From Candidatus Krumholzibacteriia bacterium (lineage in GTDB: Bacteria > Krumholzibacteriota > Krumholzibacteriia > Krumholzibacteriales > Krumholzibacteriaceae), in assembly GCA_963836185.1 (NCBI GenBank), contig CAWIIQ010000001.1, positions 1,920,001 through 1,984,000 of the forward strand: a stretch of DNA of 64,000 bases. Reading direction: 5' to 3'. How positions within the stretch are numbered: position 1 is the stretch's first letter; each line of letters opens with the position of its first letter. Below, one piece after another: positions 51,901 to 62,811 of the stretch. The position numbers were made by a program, and so were the translations under genes. The notes below the pieces were generated by a model. It was not told the DNA's origin, ran no database searches, and saw nothing but the letters and a program-made list of their open reading frames with translations.

Positions 51901-54264
51901 AATCCGACGGCCGAGCCTGATGAAGTCGACGCGGGCGGAACCGTGACATTCACGGTCGATGTAACAGACAACGGCGGGGGGATCGGCGGCGTACTGATAG
52001 ACCTCGCTCCAATAGGCGGCTCGACGTACCAGTTCATGTACGACGATGCGACAAATGGAGACCAGGCCGCCGGCGACGGCACATACAGCTACCTTCATCT
52101 CGTCGATCCGGGGATAGCGAGCGGCCGATACGACCTGGTCGTATCGGCGAGAGACTCGATGAATATCTCCGGTATCGACTCGACCTTGTCACTTACCGTT
52201 CAGGGAACGGTCGAGCCGATACGGATACTGACCGACGAGTTGAATGACGATTTCGGCCCGAACCAGTTCGGCCGGGAGGGTCTCTATTACCTCTATCCGA
52301 CAAACCAGGTCTTCGCCAAACGGGCTTTCGATCTCGAGTCTATGACGATATTCGAGACATCGAAGATCGTCAGCGGGGAGATCATCCCCAGCCTCGCCTT
52401 CGAGGTCAAGATGGGTCAGGTCCCCGACCCGAGCCTCGAGGGGAACGCCAACTGGAACCCGCCCTACGCCGACATCAATATCCAGAAGATCGATATCATG
52501 ATCGACGCCTTCAAGGGCGGTGCGACCGAGGGGCTGCCCAACAGGCAGAACGATTTCGCAAGCTGGGACGCCTGGGATTACGCGGTCGTGATGGAGGGCT
52601 GGTACAAGGCTGTGCTTACCTCGAACAACCAGAACACCCCTTCTGCGTGGTCACAGACTGTCGCGAAGAGCGACAGGGCAATAGTACTTCTTACCGATTT
52701 CGTAAATAATACGATCACGAGTGTAGTCTCCATGGAATCCCTGGGAAATCCCACGCCTGACGATATAATGAAGTGGGACATCACGGTAGTGATGACGAGC
52801 CATGACGGGAACAGTGACGACAATAACTTCGGAGATACTCGGTGGGTAAACGCCAGCGTCAGCGAGTGGCAGATCGGAGGCGGTGACAACAGCGACCGTG
52901 ATCCGAACATAATGGACCTGATCATCTCCCCCGGAACGGGCAAGACGATCGGCAGGACCCAGAGCGAGATACTCGACTGGAAGACGGCCGAGTCCTCCGA
53001 CAGGGTCAATAACGGCCTGACGCCGTGCTACATAGACATGACGACATTCGAGGACCAGGGGCCTCCTGCCATCGACGTCGGCGAAAAGGTATCCGAAACG
53101 GTCCCGTTCCAGCCGCTCGTCAACGCGCCGCTGTATTACACGGCGATCATCGTAGACGACGACCAGGTCTCGAGATCGGTCTTCCGGTGGCGCCCCGACT
53201 CGACCTCGACGGATACCTGGTTTGAAGAGCTTCCGATGGGATACGCCGGCGGGGATATCTGGAGTGTCGACCTTCCCGTAGAGGATATGCTGCAGAACGT
53301 CATCCTCGCCCCTCTCGACAGCACGTGGAACATCGAGTTCGAGATCGAGGCTGCCGACCGCTCCGGCAACGTCACGATCACGCCGCTCCAGACGATGGAG
53401 ATCAATCTTCCGATCGAGACTTTCGTCGTAGCCGATATCGACATGAGCGAGGACTTCGAGGTAAGGGCTCCCGAGGGCACACTTATAAAGATCCCCACGA
53501 CAGCCGTACAGCAGGATGCCCTCGACGTCAGGTACAACTTCAAGCTCACATCGGAGTATGCCGATGAATATGAGCCGGAACCGCCCGGCGCGACTCCCGT
53601 TAACGTCTACAGGAAGGTCGAGTTCGAAGCTGTGTTCAGGATGGTCGAAGAAGGTGGAGATACCGTCAACGTGACTCTTCCAGTTCCTGAGTTCGAGGAC
53701 AAGATCAGCATCAGCTTCCATTACCCTGAATACAGCATCCAGAATATCGACGAGGACCTGATCGGCGTCTACGAGTATACGGCTTCGACCGGAATATGGG
53801 TCTATATAGGTGGAACGGTCAATCCCTACGGAAACCTCGTCACCGTCGATGTATCAAGGCCGGGGACCTACGCTCTCTTCTATAATCCGGAGTTCAAGTA
53901 CAGCCCGGGAGAAGTATTCTCCGGTGTCGTATTCTCGCCCAATCCCTTCTCTCCCAACGGCGACGGCCTCTACGAAGAAACCGAGATCAGCTTCTTCCTG
54001 CAGTCGGAAGCGACCGTCACGATAGAGATCTACGATATGGACGGGAACAGGAAGAGGATACTCGAGCGGAATTTCTCGATAACGGCCGAGGACACACCCG
54101 ACGCGGTGCCGAGAAGGGTGACCGGATTCACCTGGGACGGCAGGGACAACTCAGGCTACATGGTGCCGTACGGTATCTATATATTCAGGTTTACCGTGAC
54201 CTACCAGCAGGCGGCCGGACAGAGGACGATCCGGTACAATGACGCCGTGGCGGTCATCAAATAG
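48939..54264 (+). CDS. Giant secreted multidomain carbohydrate-binding protein (~1770 aa; frameshift near 49712)
   Basis: Signal peptide; DOMON/CBM9-like N-domain (PVIDG...LWVTYDSLALYIG); carboxypeptidase-regulatory-like and Big-1-like Ig domains (LVADG...TNADGEA); YDDATNGDQAAGDGTYS motif; glucodextranase-C-like DDFGP...YLYPTNQVF...FDL; C-terminal SPNPFSPNGDG...WDGRDNSG..VPYGIY sorting domain. Confidence 0.8.
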
Positions 54265-54280
54265 GAAGGTGCCGACCCGG

Positions 54281-55153
54281 ATGAGACGGACAGTGGCGGC
54301 GATCATCATCCTCACAGCGCTCTCAGGAGCAGCAAGGGCCGATTTCCGTCATGTGCGTATGGGTCCGCGCCCCCGGGCGATGGGGTCGGCTTTCGTCGGT
54401 GTGGCCGACGATGCAAACTCGATCTACTGGAACGCCGCAGGAATGATCATGGTCGAAAAGTTCGAGCTCACCGGCTGCGGATCGAGTCTCTACGATGTCT
54501 CCGCTCTCTCAAATAACTATGTCGCCGGCGTCTACAATTTCAACAGCCGCATCGCCGTCGGCGCCAGCTGGACGAGGCTTGAGCTCAAGGACCTCTACCA
54601 CGAAGATACGATCAACCTCGGGATCGCGGCTGCGATCCCCCGCTTCGATGATTTCTCGTTCGGAGCTGCCCTGAAGATCTTCACTCTCGGCGCCCCCGGA
54701 TACGAGAAGTACAACGACCCGGCATATGAGGGTAGCGTCAACAAGGCGAGCCTTGATCTCGGTCTTTACTATCACTCCCCTAGCCAGGTGTGGTCGGCGG
54801 GATTCGTCGTATACAACGTCAACGAGCCTGGCCTTCAACTACTGACGACGACCAGCACTCCCGATCCGGTCTACCGGGACTTCGCCCTCGGCGCGAGCTA
54901 CATGTTCAGCGGACTGCTTCTCGTCTCGTACGACATCAAGACAAGATATGGAGAATTTGACAATATCATCGGGCGGCTGGGCAGCGAGATCTGGTTCTTC
55001 GACGTGGTCGCCCTGCGCGGCGGATTCGAGAGGGAAAACCTTTCCGCCGGATTCGGGCTCAAGGGCAAAAGGTGGGAGATCGACCTGGCGCTCGAGACAC
55101 ATTACGACCTTGGCAACTCTTACCTGTTCGGGCTTACTATAATGCTCCCGTGA
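54281..55153 (+). CDS. PorV/PorQ-family (T9SS shuttle-like) outer-membrane protein
   Basis: GPRPRAMGSAFVGVADDANSIYWNAAG is the FadL/PorV-type N-terminal signature; ALRGG, SAGFG. Confidence 0.85.
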   Translation: MRRTVAAIIILTALSGAARADFRHVRMGPRPRAMGSAFVGVADDANSIYWNAAGMIMVEKFELTGCGSSLYDVSALSNNYVAGVYNFNSRIAVGASWTRLELKDLYHEDTINLGIAAAIPRFDDFSFGAALKIFTLGAPGYEKYNDPAYEGSVNKASLDLGLYYHSPSQVWSAGFVVYNVNEPGLQLLTTTSTPDPVYRDFALGASYMFSGLLLVSYDIKTRYGEFDNIIGRLGSEIWFFDVVALRGGFERENLSAGFGLKGKRWEIDLALETHYDLGNSYLFGLTIMLP

Positions 55154-55172
55154 TGAGGGAGCGGGTAAAACG

Positions 55173-56780
55173 ATGGCGATGATGAAAAGGATATCGATCA
55201 TCACTCTCATATCGGCAGCCGTGCTCTCGGCCGCGGCGCCGTCATCTGCCGTCAACAAGCTCGAAGGGTTTTACGAGGTCGAAGCCTCCTTCCAGCGCCA
55301 GCAGAAGATCTGGCGATTCGGGCCTCCAGGCGGCGAAGGGATGCCCAGGCACTATCTCGAGCTTAAGTGGCTCAGCTGGCCTTCGGACAAGCTCGAGATG
55401 TACTACAAGCTCCGCGCCCAGTCTAACCGGGACGACGGCCTGACCCAGGAAGTCGAGTACAAGCGGCCCGAATACCTGTCAGCCGAAGGCCACATAAAGC
55501 TTCACGGCGATCTCTGGGAGACATACATCTTCGCCAGGGAGAACAGGTTCTGGATCAATGACGATCCCCTCCTCAAACTTGTCGACCAGAACAAGCTTAA
55601 GAACGACAACTGGGGGCCGCAGTCGAGCGGGATCAGGGCCGATTTCTGGAACAGCAATGTCGGTCCGGTACACGGCCTTAACGGAACGCTTATCTACAGT
55701 GATGACGGCGGAACATATAACTGGTCGGACGATCAAACAGAGACGGTTGCCAACGGCACGGATAACTTTATCGCGAGACTCCAGAAGAACTCGTTCAACA
55801 GCAGGCTCGAGATCGGCGCGATGTTCCTGAGGAAGGACTGGACCAACACAAGCGCGGACCGGCAGTACACGAACCTCCAATACAACCAGGTCGGGGCGAT
55901 CGACGTCTCCTTCTACCCGAGGGATTTTGTTTCCACCGGCCTCTCACTTGGCCCCGTTAACCTCGAGAATACGAGCTGGATCGTCCAGTACGCACTCAGC
56001 GACGATCCCTACGTGATAGAAACGAGCGATATCAGAACGGATGAGAACAAGTACGCATTCTCTGCCGAAATAAGAAATATCCGGATAAGAGATTTCACAT
56101 TCCACACCTGGTACAACGATTTCGGAGAGAATTTCAGGGACTATATGTCTTACAGGTTCGATGATGCCCGCGAATACAACCGTGAGCAGGTTCACGCCGA
56201 GGCGATCTTCCAGGTACCTAAAAAAGCTGTCACGGCTACTCTCTCGTACGACTATTACCAGAAGAAGATCGTAGACGAGGAAGGCGGAGGCCTGCGTCCG
56301 ACTACAAACTGGTACGGCGACATCTACATCGAGTTTATAAAAGGATTCAAGGCGAGACTCGCCTACCAGAGCTGGCACGGGTTCGACGCTTCGGGCGAGG
56401 TATATGATTTCACTACATATCCGAACTGGTACGCCGACCTCTCCGTCGAGAACAGGCTCGTCAAGGTCAGGGTCCAGGGAAGGATCAGGGACTGGAACAC
56501 CTTCAGGCAGGTGTGGGCATTCGGTTACGACATGGAATTCAACGCGACGGGAAAACTGAAGGGTTACTTCAGGATACTCAATGTAAACGAGCAGACCGAG
56601 GCACGCTCCACCCTCTTCGCGCAGATAAGATACGATATCGGGTACGGCGCCGAATTTTTCCTCGAGTACGGCAACGGCGGACAGAGCGAGCACCTCGTCA
56701 GAACGGACTATTTCGTCAACGAGGGCAGCAGTGACAGGCTCGATCATGTGCTCAAGGCATTTATGAAGCTTTATTTCTGA
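55173..56780 (+). CDS. Putative outer-membrane beta-barrel of unknown family
   Basis: Signal peptide, many amphipathic aromatic strands, BAM-type C-terminus KAFMKLYF. Confidence 0.7.
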   Translation: MAMMKRISIITLISAAVLSAAAPSSAVNKLEGFYEVEASFQRQQKIWRFGPPGGEGMPRHYLELKWLSWPSDKLEMYYKLRAQSNRDDGLTQEVEYKRPEYLSAEGHIKLHGDLWETYIFARENRFWINDDPLLKLVDQNKLKNDNWGPQSSGIRADFWNSNVGPVHGLNGTLIYSDDGGTYNWSDDQTETVANGTDNFIARLQKNSFNSRLEIGAMFLRKDWTNTSADRQYTNLQYNQVGAIDVSFYPRDFVSTGLSLGPVNLENTSWIVQYALSDDPYVIETSDIRTDENKYAFSAEIRNIRIRDFTFHTWYNDFGENFRDYMSYRFDDAREYNREQVHAEAIFQVPKKAVTATLSYDYYQKKIVDEEGGGLRPTTNWYGDIYIEFIKGFKARLAYQSWHGFDASGEVYDFTTYPNWYADLSVENRLVKVRVQGRIRDWNTFRQVWAFGYDMEFNATGKLKGYFRILNVNEQTEARSTLFAQIRYDIGYGAEFFLEYGNGGQSEHLVRTDYFVNEGSSDRLDHVLKAFMKLYF

Positions 56781-56783
56781 TAG

Positions 56784-58964
56784 ATGAGAGAGGAAACGAT
56801 GTTTCCAGTATTCGCAGCAAGGAGACTGACAGTGAAGACAATCGAAAGGCGCGGCCCCGGTATCACCGGATCCGGCAGGTGCGCGCGTGATCGAAGGACC
56901 GCATCGGGGAGGAACAAGACCTTCACGGCTATTGCGTCGGTGGCGGCATCGCTTCTGGTAATGCTGATGCTGCTGTCGGCGATATCCGGTCCGGCCCTGG
57001 CGTCCGTTGAAAAGGGTGACGGCGGAACGAAGTTCTCCTACAACGATCCCGAAGCGGGAGCCGTCTTCCTCGCCGGTACGTTCAACGGATGGAACGCCAC
57101 ATCACACCCGATGGAAAAGCTCAAGTCGGGGACGTGGGTCATCACTGTCGAGCTGGGGCCTGGAACGCACGACTACAAGTTCGTCGTCGACGGGGCCTGG
57201 ATCACAGACTTCGAGAACCCATCAAGCGCCCCTGATCCATATGGCGGGGTGAACTCGATCGTAACGCTCGATAACGAGGGCAATATCCTGGTCGATGCAG
57301 GCAGTGAGGAAAAGAAGATCGCCAACACCGCTTTCAGCCCGAGGGTAAATTTCAACGGCTTCTTCCTCTTCCGCGCGCCGATATACAAGAACTTCGACGG
57401 CGACGATCGCTGGAGGATGTTCAGGCCTGAGTACGGTTTCGACCTCAACTCGATCATAACGATCAACGAGCAGGTCGAAGGATACGCGAGACTGAGGGTA
57501 GATTCCCCCAGCAACCTCGCTAATGTAAACGCCGTATCTGCCTGGCTCAACGAGGCGCATATCAAGATCACGCCTCCCGGGATCATGGACCTTAACGGTT
57601 ACTACAACATGGAGGTCCTCTGGTCCGAAGATCCCCTGACACTTTTTGGCGATGAGGATCTCGAGGGAACGATATTCGACGATCATCTCAAGATAGGAAA
57701 AGGAACCGCCGGCATCGTCTTCAACAGCGACTGGCCGAAATTCGAGTTCAGGTCTTTCGCGGCAAACACGCATGACGATGATATCTACAACGATCCCGAC
57801 CTGTACGATAACACTGGTACGGACCAGGTGACCCTCCGCGGCTCGCGAAGGTTCGGATGGTTCAGGCCGGGGATCGACTACTTCCTCGAACAGAACATCT
57901 GGTGGCTTGACATGACCGACAGGATCGGAAGCACACCGTCGAATACGGGCATCCCGCGGCTCGATGAATATATAGACGCAAGCGGGGACCCGAGCGACTG
58001 GTATGAGTTCCAGGGGAAAACGTGGTATGTCGGCATCGACGCCTACCTTTATTTCCTCGACGACAAGTTTGTTCCCGGCATACAGTACATGCGCGGTGAA
58101 GCTGGACAGGGATTCGTGACGAGCAACAGCTCAGGGCTCGATTTCGAGAACGGCCCTATCGACGTACCCATAGCGGACAGGGATGCCACGATATATCACG
58201 TGGAAATGCCTTTCAGGGGCATTGAGAACCTTTTCCTTAACGCCGAGTACAATCGCCGCGAACTTCTCGGAGTGGATTCCGACGAATCCCTTATCACGCC
58301 CGTATTCCTCCCCAATGACGAAGCTAACAAGCAGATCTATTTCGACGTCGACCAGAACCCTCCCGCGTACACCCGTGATTACGGCGAGTTCGAGGCAAGA
58401 TGGACTAAGGACGGCCTCGACGCAAGGCTCTGGGTAGAGCGTGAGATGGAAAAGTATGACCGTGCGGACGAGGATCTCAGCGCTTACCAGTACAGGCTGT
58501 CCGTTTCTCCTGGAATCAAGCTAACCCTCTGGGATGCTTTTGATCTCGGGTTCGAAGGGAAGTTCTCCAATCTCGACGGCTCGAAAGAATTCGATATGGA
58601 CGGCAACACCTACGAAGGGATATTCAGGGGAGCCTGGTGGTTGACAAGCAAGTTTGCCTTCATGTGCGATGTAAGGATAATCAATTACTCGCTCGATGAG
58701 ACCGAGACTCGGGGAGACTTCAGCGATACCTTCTATAATCCTTTCGTGGGATTCGAGTACCGCTTCCTCAAAAAGGTAAACCTCGTCTTCGCATACGGCG
58801 TCGATCCTGTCACCTTCGACAGGGATTACGGCGGAAGGCAGACTGGAAGATGGGACTTCAGACAGGCCTACATGTGGGAGAACCCGGACGCCACGACGGT
58901 AGACGCGGAAAACGCTCTTAACGATGTTCAGGCATTCACACTCAGAGCGACATTCCGCTTCTAG
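56784..58964 (+). CDS. CBM48-like glycogen-binding domain fused to a putative outer-membrane beta-barrel
   Basis: VFLAGTFNGW...LGPGTHDYKFVVDGAWITD...DPYGGVNS after the signal peptide; beta-rich remainder ending TLRATFRF. Start uncertain. Confidence 0.8.
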   Translation: MREETMFPVFAARRLTVKTIERRGPGITGSGRCARDRRTASGRNKTFTAIASVAASLLVMLMLLSAISGPALASVEKGDGGTKFSYNDPEAGAVFLAGTFNGWNATSHPMEKLKSGTWVITVELGPGTHDYKFVVDGAWITDFENPSSAPDPYGGVNSIVTLDNEGNILVDAGSEEKKIANTAFSPRVNFNGFFLFRAPIYKNFDGDDRWRMFRPEYGFDLNSIITINEQVEGYARLRVDSPSNLANVNAVSAWLNEAHIKITPPGIMDLNGYYNMEVLWSEDPLTLFGDEDLEGTIFDDHLKIGKGTAGIVFNSDWPKFEFRSFAANTHDDDIYNDPDLYDNTGTDQVTLRGSRRFGWFRPGIDYFLEQNIWWLDMTDRIGSTPSNTGIPRLDEYIDASGDPSDWYEFQGKTWYVGIDAYLYFLDDKFVPGIQYMRGEAGQGFVTSNSSGLDFENGPIDVPIADRDATIYHVEMPFRGIENLFLNAEYNRRELLGVDSDESLITPVFLPNDEANKQIYFDVDQNPPAYTRDYGEFEARWTKDGLDARLWVEREMEKYDRADEDLSAYQYRLSVSPGIKLTLWDAFDLGFEGKFSNLDGSKEFDMDGNTYEGIFRGAWWLTSKFAFMCDVRIINYSLDETETRGDFSDTFYNPFVGFEYRFLKKVNLVFAYGVDPVTFDRDYGGRQTGRWDFRQAYMWENPDATTVDAENALNDVQAFTLRATFRF

Positions 58965-58982
58965 TCCGGAGAGAGAATCGAC

Positions 58983-59402
58983 ATGATGTTGAAGAATATA
59001 TCAAGAAGGACGATTATTGCGGCGGCATCAGCGACACTGCTCATGATGACCGTATCCGGCTGTTTCATGACCGACATGATCCGTAACCGTCTTCCGGCCC
59101 CACACTCAACCGACAAGGGGATCTTCTTCCAGTATGATGCGCCATCGGCCAAATCCGTCAACCTCGCCGGTAACTTCAATAACTGGGCCGGCACCCAGGG
59201 CTCCGGAAGGTTCGACCCTACGATCGATCCGATGACCGACGAGGATGGAGACGGGATCTGGGAGATCTACAAGGAGCTCAGACCTGGCCGATACCAGTAC
59301 AAGTACGTGATCGACAACGGCACCAGGTGGGTGCTCGATCCGAGCAATCCGGACCAGGGCGAGGAAGGCGGATTCGTCAACTCGCTGATAATCGTCAAGT
59401 AG
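58983..59402 (+). CDS. Stand-alone CBM48-like lipoprotein
   Basis: Lipobox VSGC; VNLAGNFNNW, DGDGIW, LRPGRYQYKYVID...DPSNP...NS. Confidence 0.88.
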   Translation: MMLKNISRRTIIAAASATLLMMTVSGCFMTDMIRNRLPAPHSTDKGIFFQYDAPSAKSVNLAGNFNNWAGTQGSGRFDPTIDPMTDEDGDGIWEIYKELRPGRYQYKYVIDNGTRWVLDPSNPDQGEEGGFVNSLIIVK

Positions 59403-59422
59403 ATCACTTTAAAAGTGTAGAT

Positions 59423-59462
59423 AAAGAGGCCGCACCGTCTATGACGATACGGCCTCTTTTTT
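59423..59462. terminator. Bidirectional intrinsic terminator
   Basis: AAAGAGGCCG / CGGCCTCTTT plus T-run, between convergent genes. Confidence 0.85.
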
Positions 59463-59478
59463 ATCTTATCAAGCAGTT

Positions 59479-62400
59479 CTACTGCAGGACCAGTATCGCG
59501 CCTGAGAGCTGTTCGATTCCTATATCGAGAACTCCGCCTGTGACTGTGTAGCTCCCGCCTCCTAGTTTGTCGACCAGCGTCGCTCCATCGGCGAATCCGA
59601 ACCCTCCGAGATCTAGCTTTACCGTCGCCTTCGCGCCGCTGTTGTTCAGGGCTACGACGATCCTGTTCGCTTCGTCTTCCCTGATGAAGGAGTAGAGTTT
59701 GCCGTCGGCCAGTACCGTCTGGAAAGTACCGGTTCGCAGAGCGGGATACTCTTTCCTGATCCCAATGACCTTGCGATAGAAATCATGTACCTTTACTCGC
59801 CTGGGGCTCTCTTCCCAGTTCCACGGGAAGGTGCGCCTGCAGTCGGGGTCCTTGCCGCCTCTCATACCCACCTCGTCTCCGTAGTAGATCTGCGGGAATA
59901 CCGACGTAAGTCATCTGGAAGAGTGTCGCGAGCATCAGCCTCTCCGACTTGTTACCGGCGGTCGTCAGGAAGCGCTCCGTGTCATGGCTGTCGACCAGGT
60001 TCATCATCACCTGTGTCGCCTGGAGAGGATAGAGAGAACGTCCGGGAGCGAGCTCGTTGTCGAGCTGAGCCGCCGAGCCATGTCCCTGAGCGAAGAACTT
60101 CAGAACGGGGTCGCGGAAATACTTGTAGTTCATCGTCGAATGGAAGCCGTGAGGACCCATCCACGGCATCGCGTTCCCCCATATCTCACCGATCAGGAAG
60201 GCGTCAGGCTTGACCTCGTCGACTACCGTGCGGAACTCCTTCCAGAACCAGAAGGGGACCTCGTTCGGAACATCGAGCCTGAAGCCGTCGATGTCGAGTT
60301 CGCCGAGCCAGTATCTCGCTACCTCCCTGAGGTACTCGACGAGGGGCTCGTTCACCTTCGCCTCGCTGATATCGGTTATCGCGTTCTCCTGGGCATTGGG
60401 CCTCGAGAGATCGAAGTTGAGGTTGGGGTGGATACCGAATCCCCACCAGCAGTCGTAATAGTCGAGGGGGTTGGGAATATCTCCCTCGGGAAGGGGCCAG
60501 CGCTTGAACTCGTACCAGTTCCAGTATTCCGACTCGCGTCCCTTCTCGACCGCGTCGAGGAAGGCGAAGAAATAGTTGCCCGTATGGTTGAATGCCTTAT
60601 CGACGATGATTCGGATACCGTTATCGTGGGCCTTCTTGACGAACTCCTTGAAGGTCGCCTCATCGGCGAAGTGCGGATCGAGCTTCTTGTAGTCCATCGG
60701 GTCGTACTTGTGATTCGACCTCGCTTCGTTGAGAGGGTTGAAATAGATGATCGTCACGCCGAGGTCAGCGAGGTAAGGTATCTTCTCCATGACGCCGGCT
60801 ATGTCACCGCCGTAGAACGAGTAGTAGTCCGGCTTGCCGTCTGTCCTGTAAGGGCTGCGGGTAAGGCCGCTCACATCGTACCAGTTCTGAACGAAGTGGA
60901 AATACTCGCCGTTGGTCTGGCCCGACTCGGGAAGCTCGGTCACATCCTTATAGTAGAACTCCTTGAAATCCGGGTCGTTCGACTTGTCGCCGTTGGCGAA
61001 ACGTTCTGGGAATATCTGGTAGAAGACTCCATCCTTGGCCCAGTCAGGTGTAAAGAAGGGAGGAACTTTCTCTGAATCGTAATGGAACATCTCTCCTTCA
61101 GCCTGCCTCTCCCCCACGAAACCCTTAGGGGTGGCGAAGAAGAGCTCACCGCCGTCGGCGAAGACGAACATAAAAGAGACCTTCTTGCTGGCAGGGACCT
61201 CGAGGACATGCCTGTAGTACTGGAAGACGACGTCCTCGCCATATGGAGTCATCTCTACGATATCCTCAGCCCCATCGACTACGTAGAGCATCTGAACGGT
61301 CTCTACATCGCCCAGGTGCGCACGGGTCTTGAACTCTATGGCGTTCTCCGAGAGCGGGTTGACCATCGAATAGTCCATAACGAGGGAAATATCCTTGTTC
61401 ATCATCTCGCCGTCGCCCAGTTCGGTCTTTATATCGTCGTAACGGTCATCGACGACGATGACCGAGTTCTTTCCGCCGAATCCATCGTCCTCGAAATCAT
61501 CGGCCCCTTCATCGGTCATCCAGTTCCCGTCGACGACGAACTTATACTGGTGCCTGCCTACGGGAAGCATCAGCGTGGCCTCGTAGGCGCCGTCGCCGTC
61601 ATCGTCGGTCATCCTCGTCTTTGAATCGTTCCAGTCATTGAACGTACCTGCGAGGAATATATTGGTCACGCCGCTGATCACCGGCTGGAACCTGAAGGTG
61701 ACCTCCTTCATCCCCTGCCCAGCCGCAGCCGCGCCGGCTCCGGCAGCACCCGCCGCGGCGGGCACTACACCCTCGATCCCGTCGGGGACCTTCGAGTACA
61801 TACCGACTATCATCGGTGTGCCGGCCACCACGGTTAGGACCGAGTTCTGTCCCCCGAAACCGTCATCGACGAAACTGGCAGCGTTCTCGTCTGTAAGCCA
61901 GTTGCCGTTATCGACGAACTTGTAGTGGTACTCTCCCGGCGCCATATTCTTGACGAGGACATGGATCCCGTCTCCGTCATCATCGCTCATCATCTCGGCG
62001 GTCGGGTCCCAGCCGTTGAACGAGCCTGCCACGAATACCTGTGAGGTCTTGCCCTCCCCTACCTCGAAGAGGAATGTGACCCTGACTTCGCCTCCAGACG
62101 CGGGCTCTGCCGCAGGTTTCGCGGCAGTTTTCGCGGCGACCGCCCCTCCACCCGCGGCGATTCCGACGACCAGCGCTTTCCCGTCGGCAGGAACGTCGAC
62201 TACCGAATTCTTGCCGCCATATCCGTCGTCAGTCTCTGCCGCCGCTGCGGGGTCGGCCTGCCAGCTGCCATCGACGACGAACTTATACTGGTACTGGCCC
62301 GGCGCCAGTTTCAGCGTCATCTCATAAATACCGTCCTTGTCGTCATCCTTCATCAGGTCCTTGTCGGAGCTCCAACTGTTGAACGAGCCGGCGAGGTAGA

Positions 62401-62521
62401 CCGCTCCAGGCGACCCGCCGGGCTGAAAGGTGAATGTCACCTCGGCATCGGCGGCGCTGACGGCGGAGGCGGATAACACAAAGGCCAGAAGCAGTATAAT
62501 CGTATTGAAAGAACGGAACAT
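59479..62521 (-). CDS. Exported GH13 neopullulanase/cyclomaltodextrinase-like enzyme with three N-terminal CBM48-like domains (frameshift near 59893)
   Basis: FYQIFPERFANGD, SNHKYD, catalytic DGFRLDVPNE, GEIW and DSHD; three AG(S/T)FNxW...Y(Q/H)YKF repeats; signal peptide; C-terminus GGKDPDCRR in a second frame. Confidence 0.93.
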
Positions 62522-62735
62522 GACTCTCCTCCAGTCTGAGTTTCATTGAATAGAATGCGGATTCATGTGACATGGGGATTATCGGCTATAAATTTGTCTG
62601 ATTCAAGTTAAAAGGATTATTAAGGAGAATCCTCTCGAACTGATGTGGGCTCCCGGGGTGGTAAATTTCCCACCGCCACCGGTGGCGGTAAAAATCCTGC
62701 CACTTCGGGAGAATCCAGATCATAGCATATATATC

Positions 62736-62777
62736 AAAAGACCCGGCCGAAGAGCCTTAGAGCTCAACGGCCGGGTC
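62736..62777 (-). terminator. Intrinsic terminator
   Basis: GACCCGGCCG / CGGCCGGGTC stem followed by TTTT on the - strand, about 35 nt past the stop. Confidence 0.8.
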
Positions 62778-62811
62778 ACAGTCGATCAAGACTGCTTAAT
62801 GGAACTGCGTC

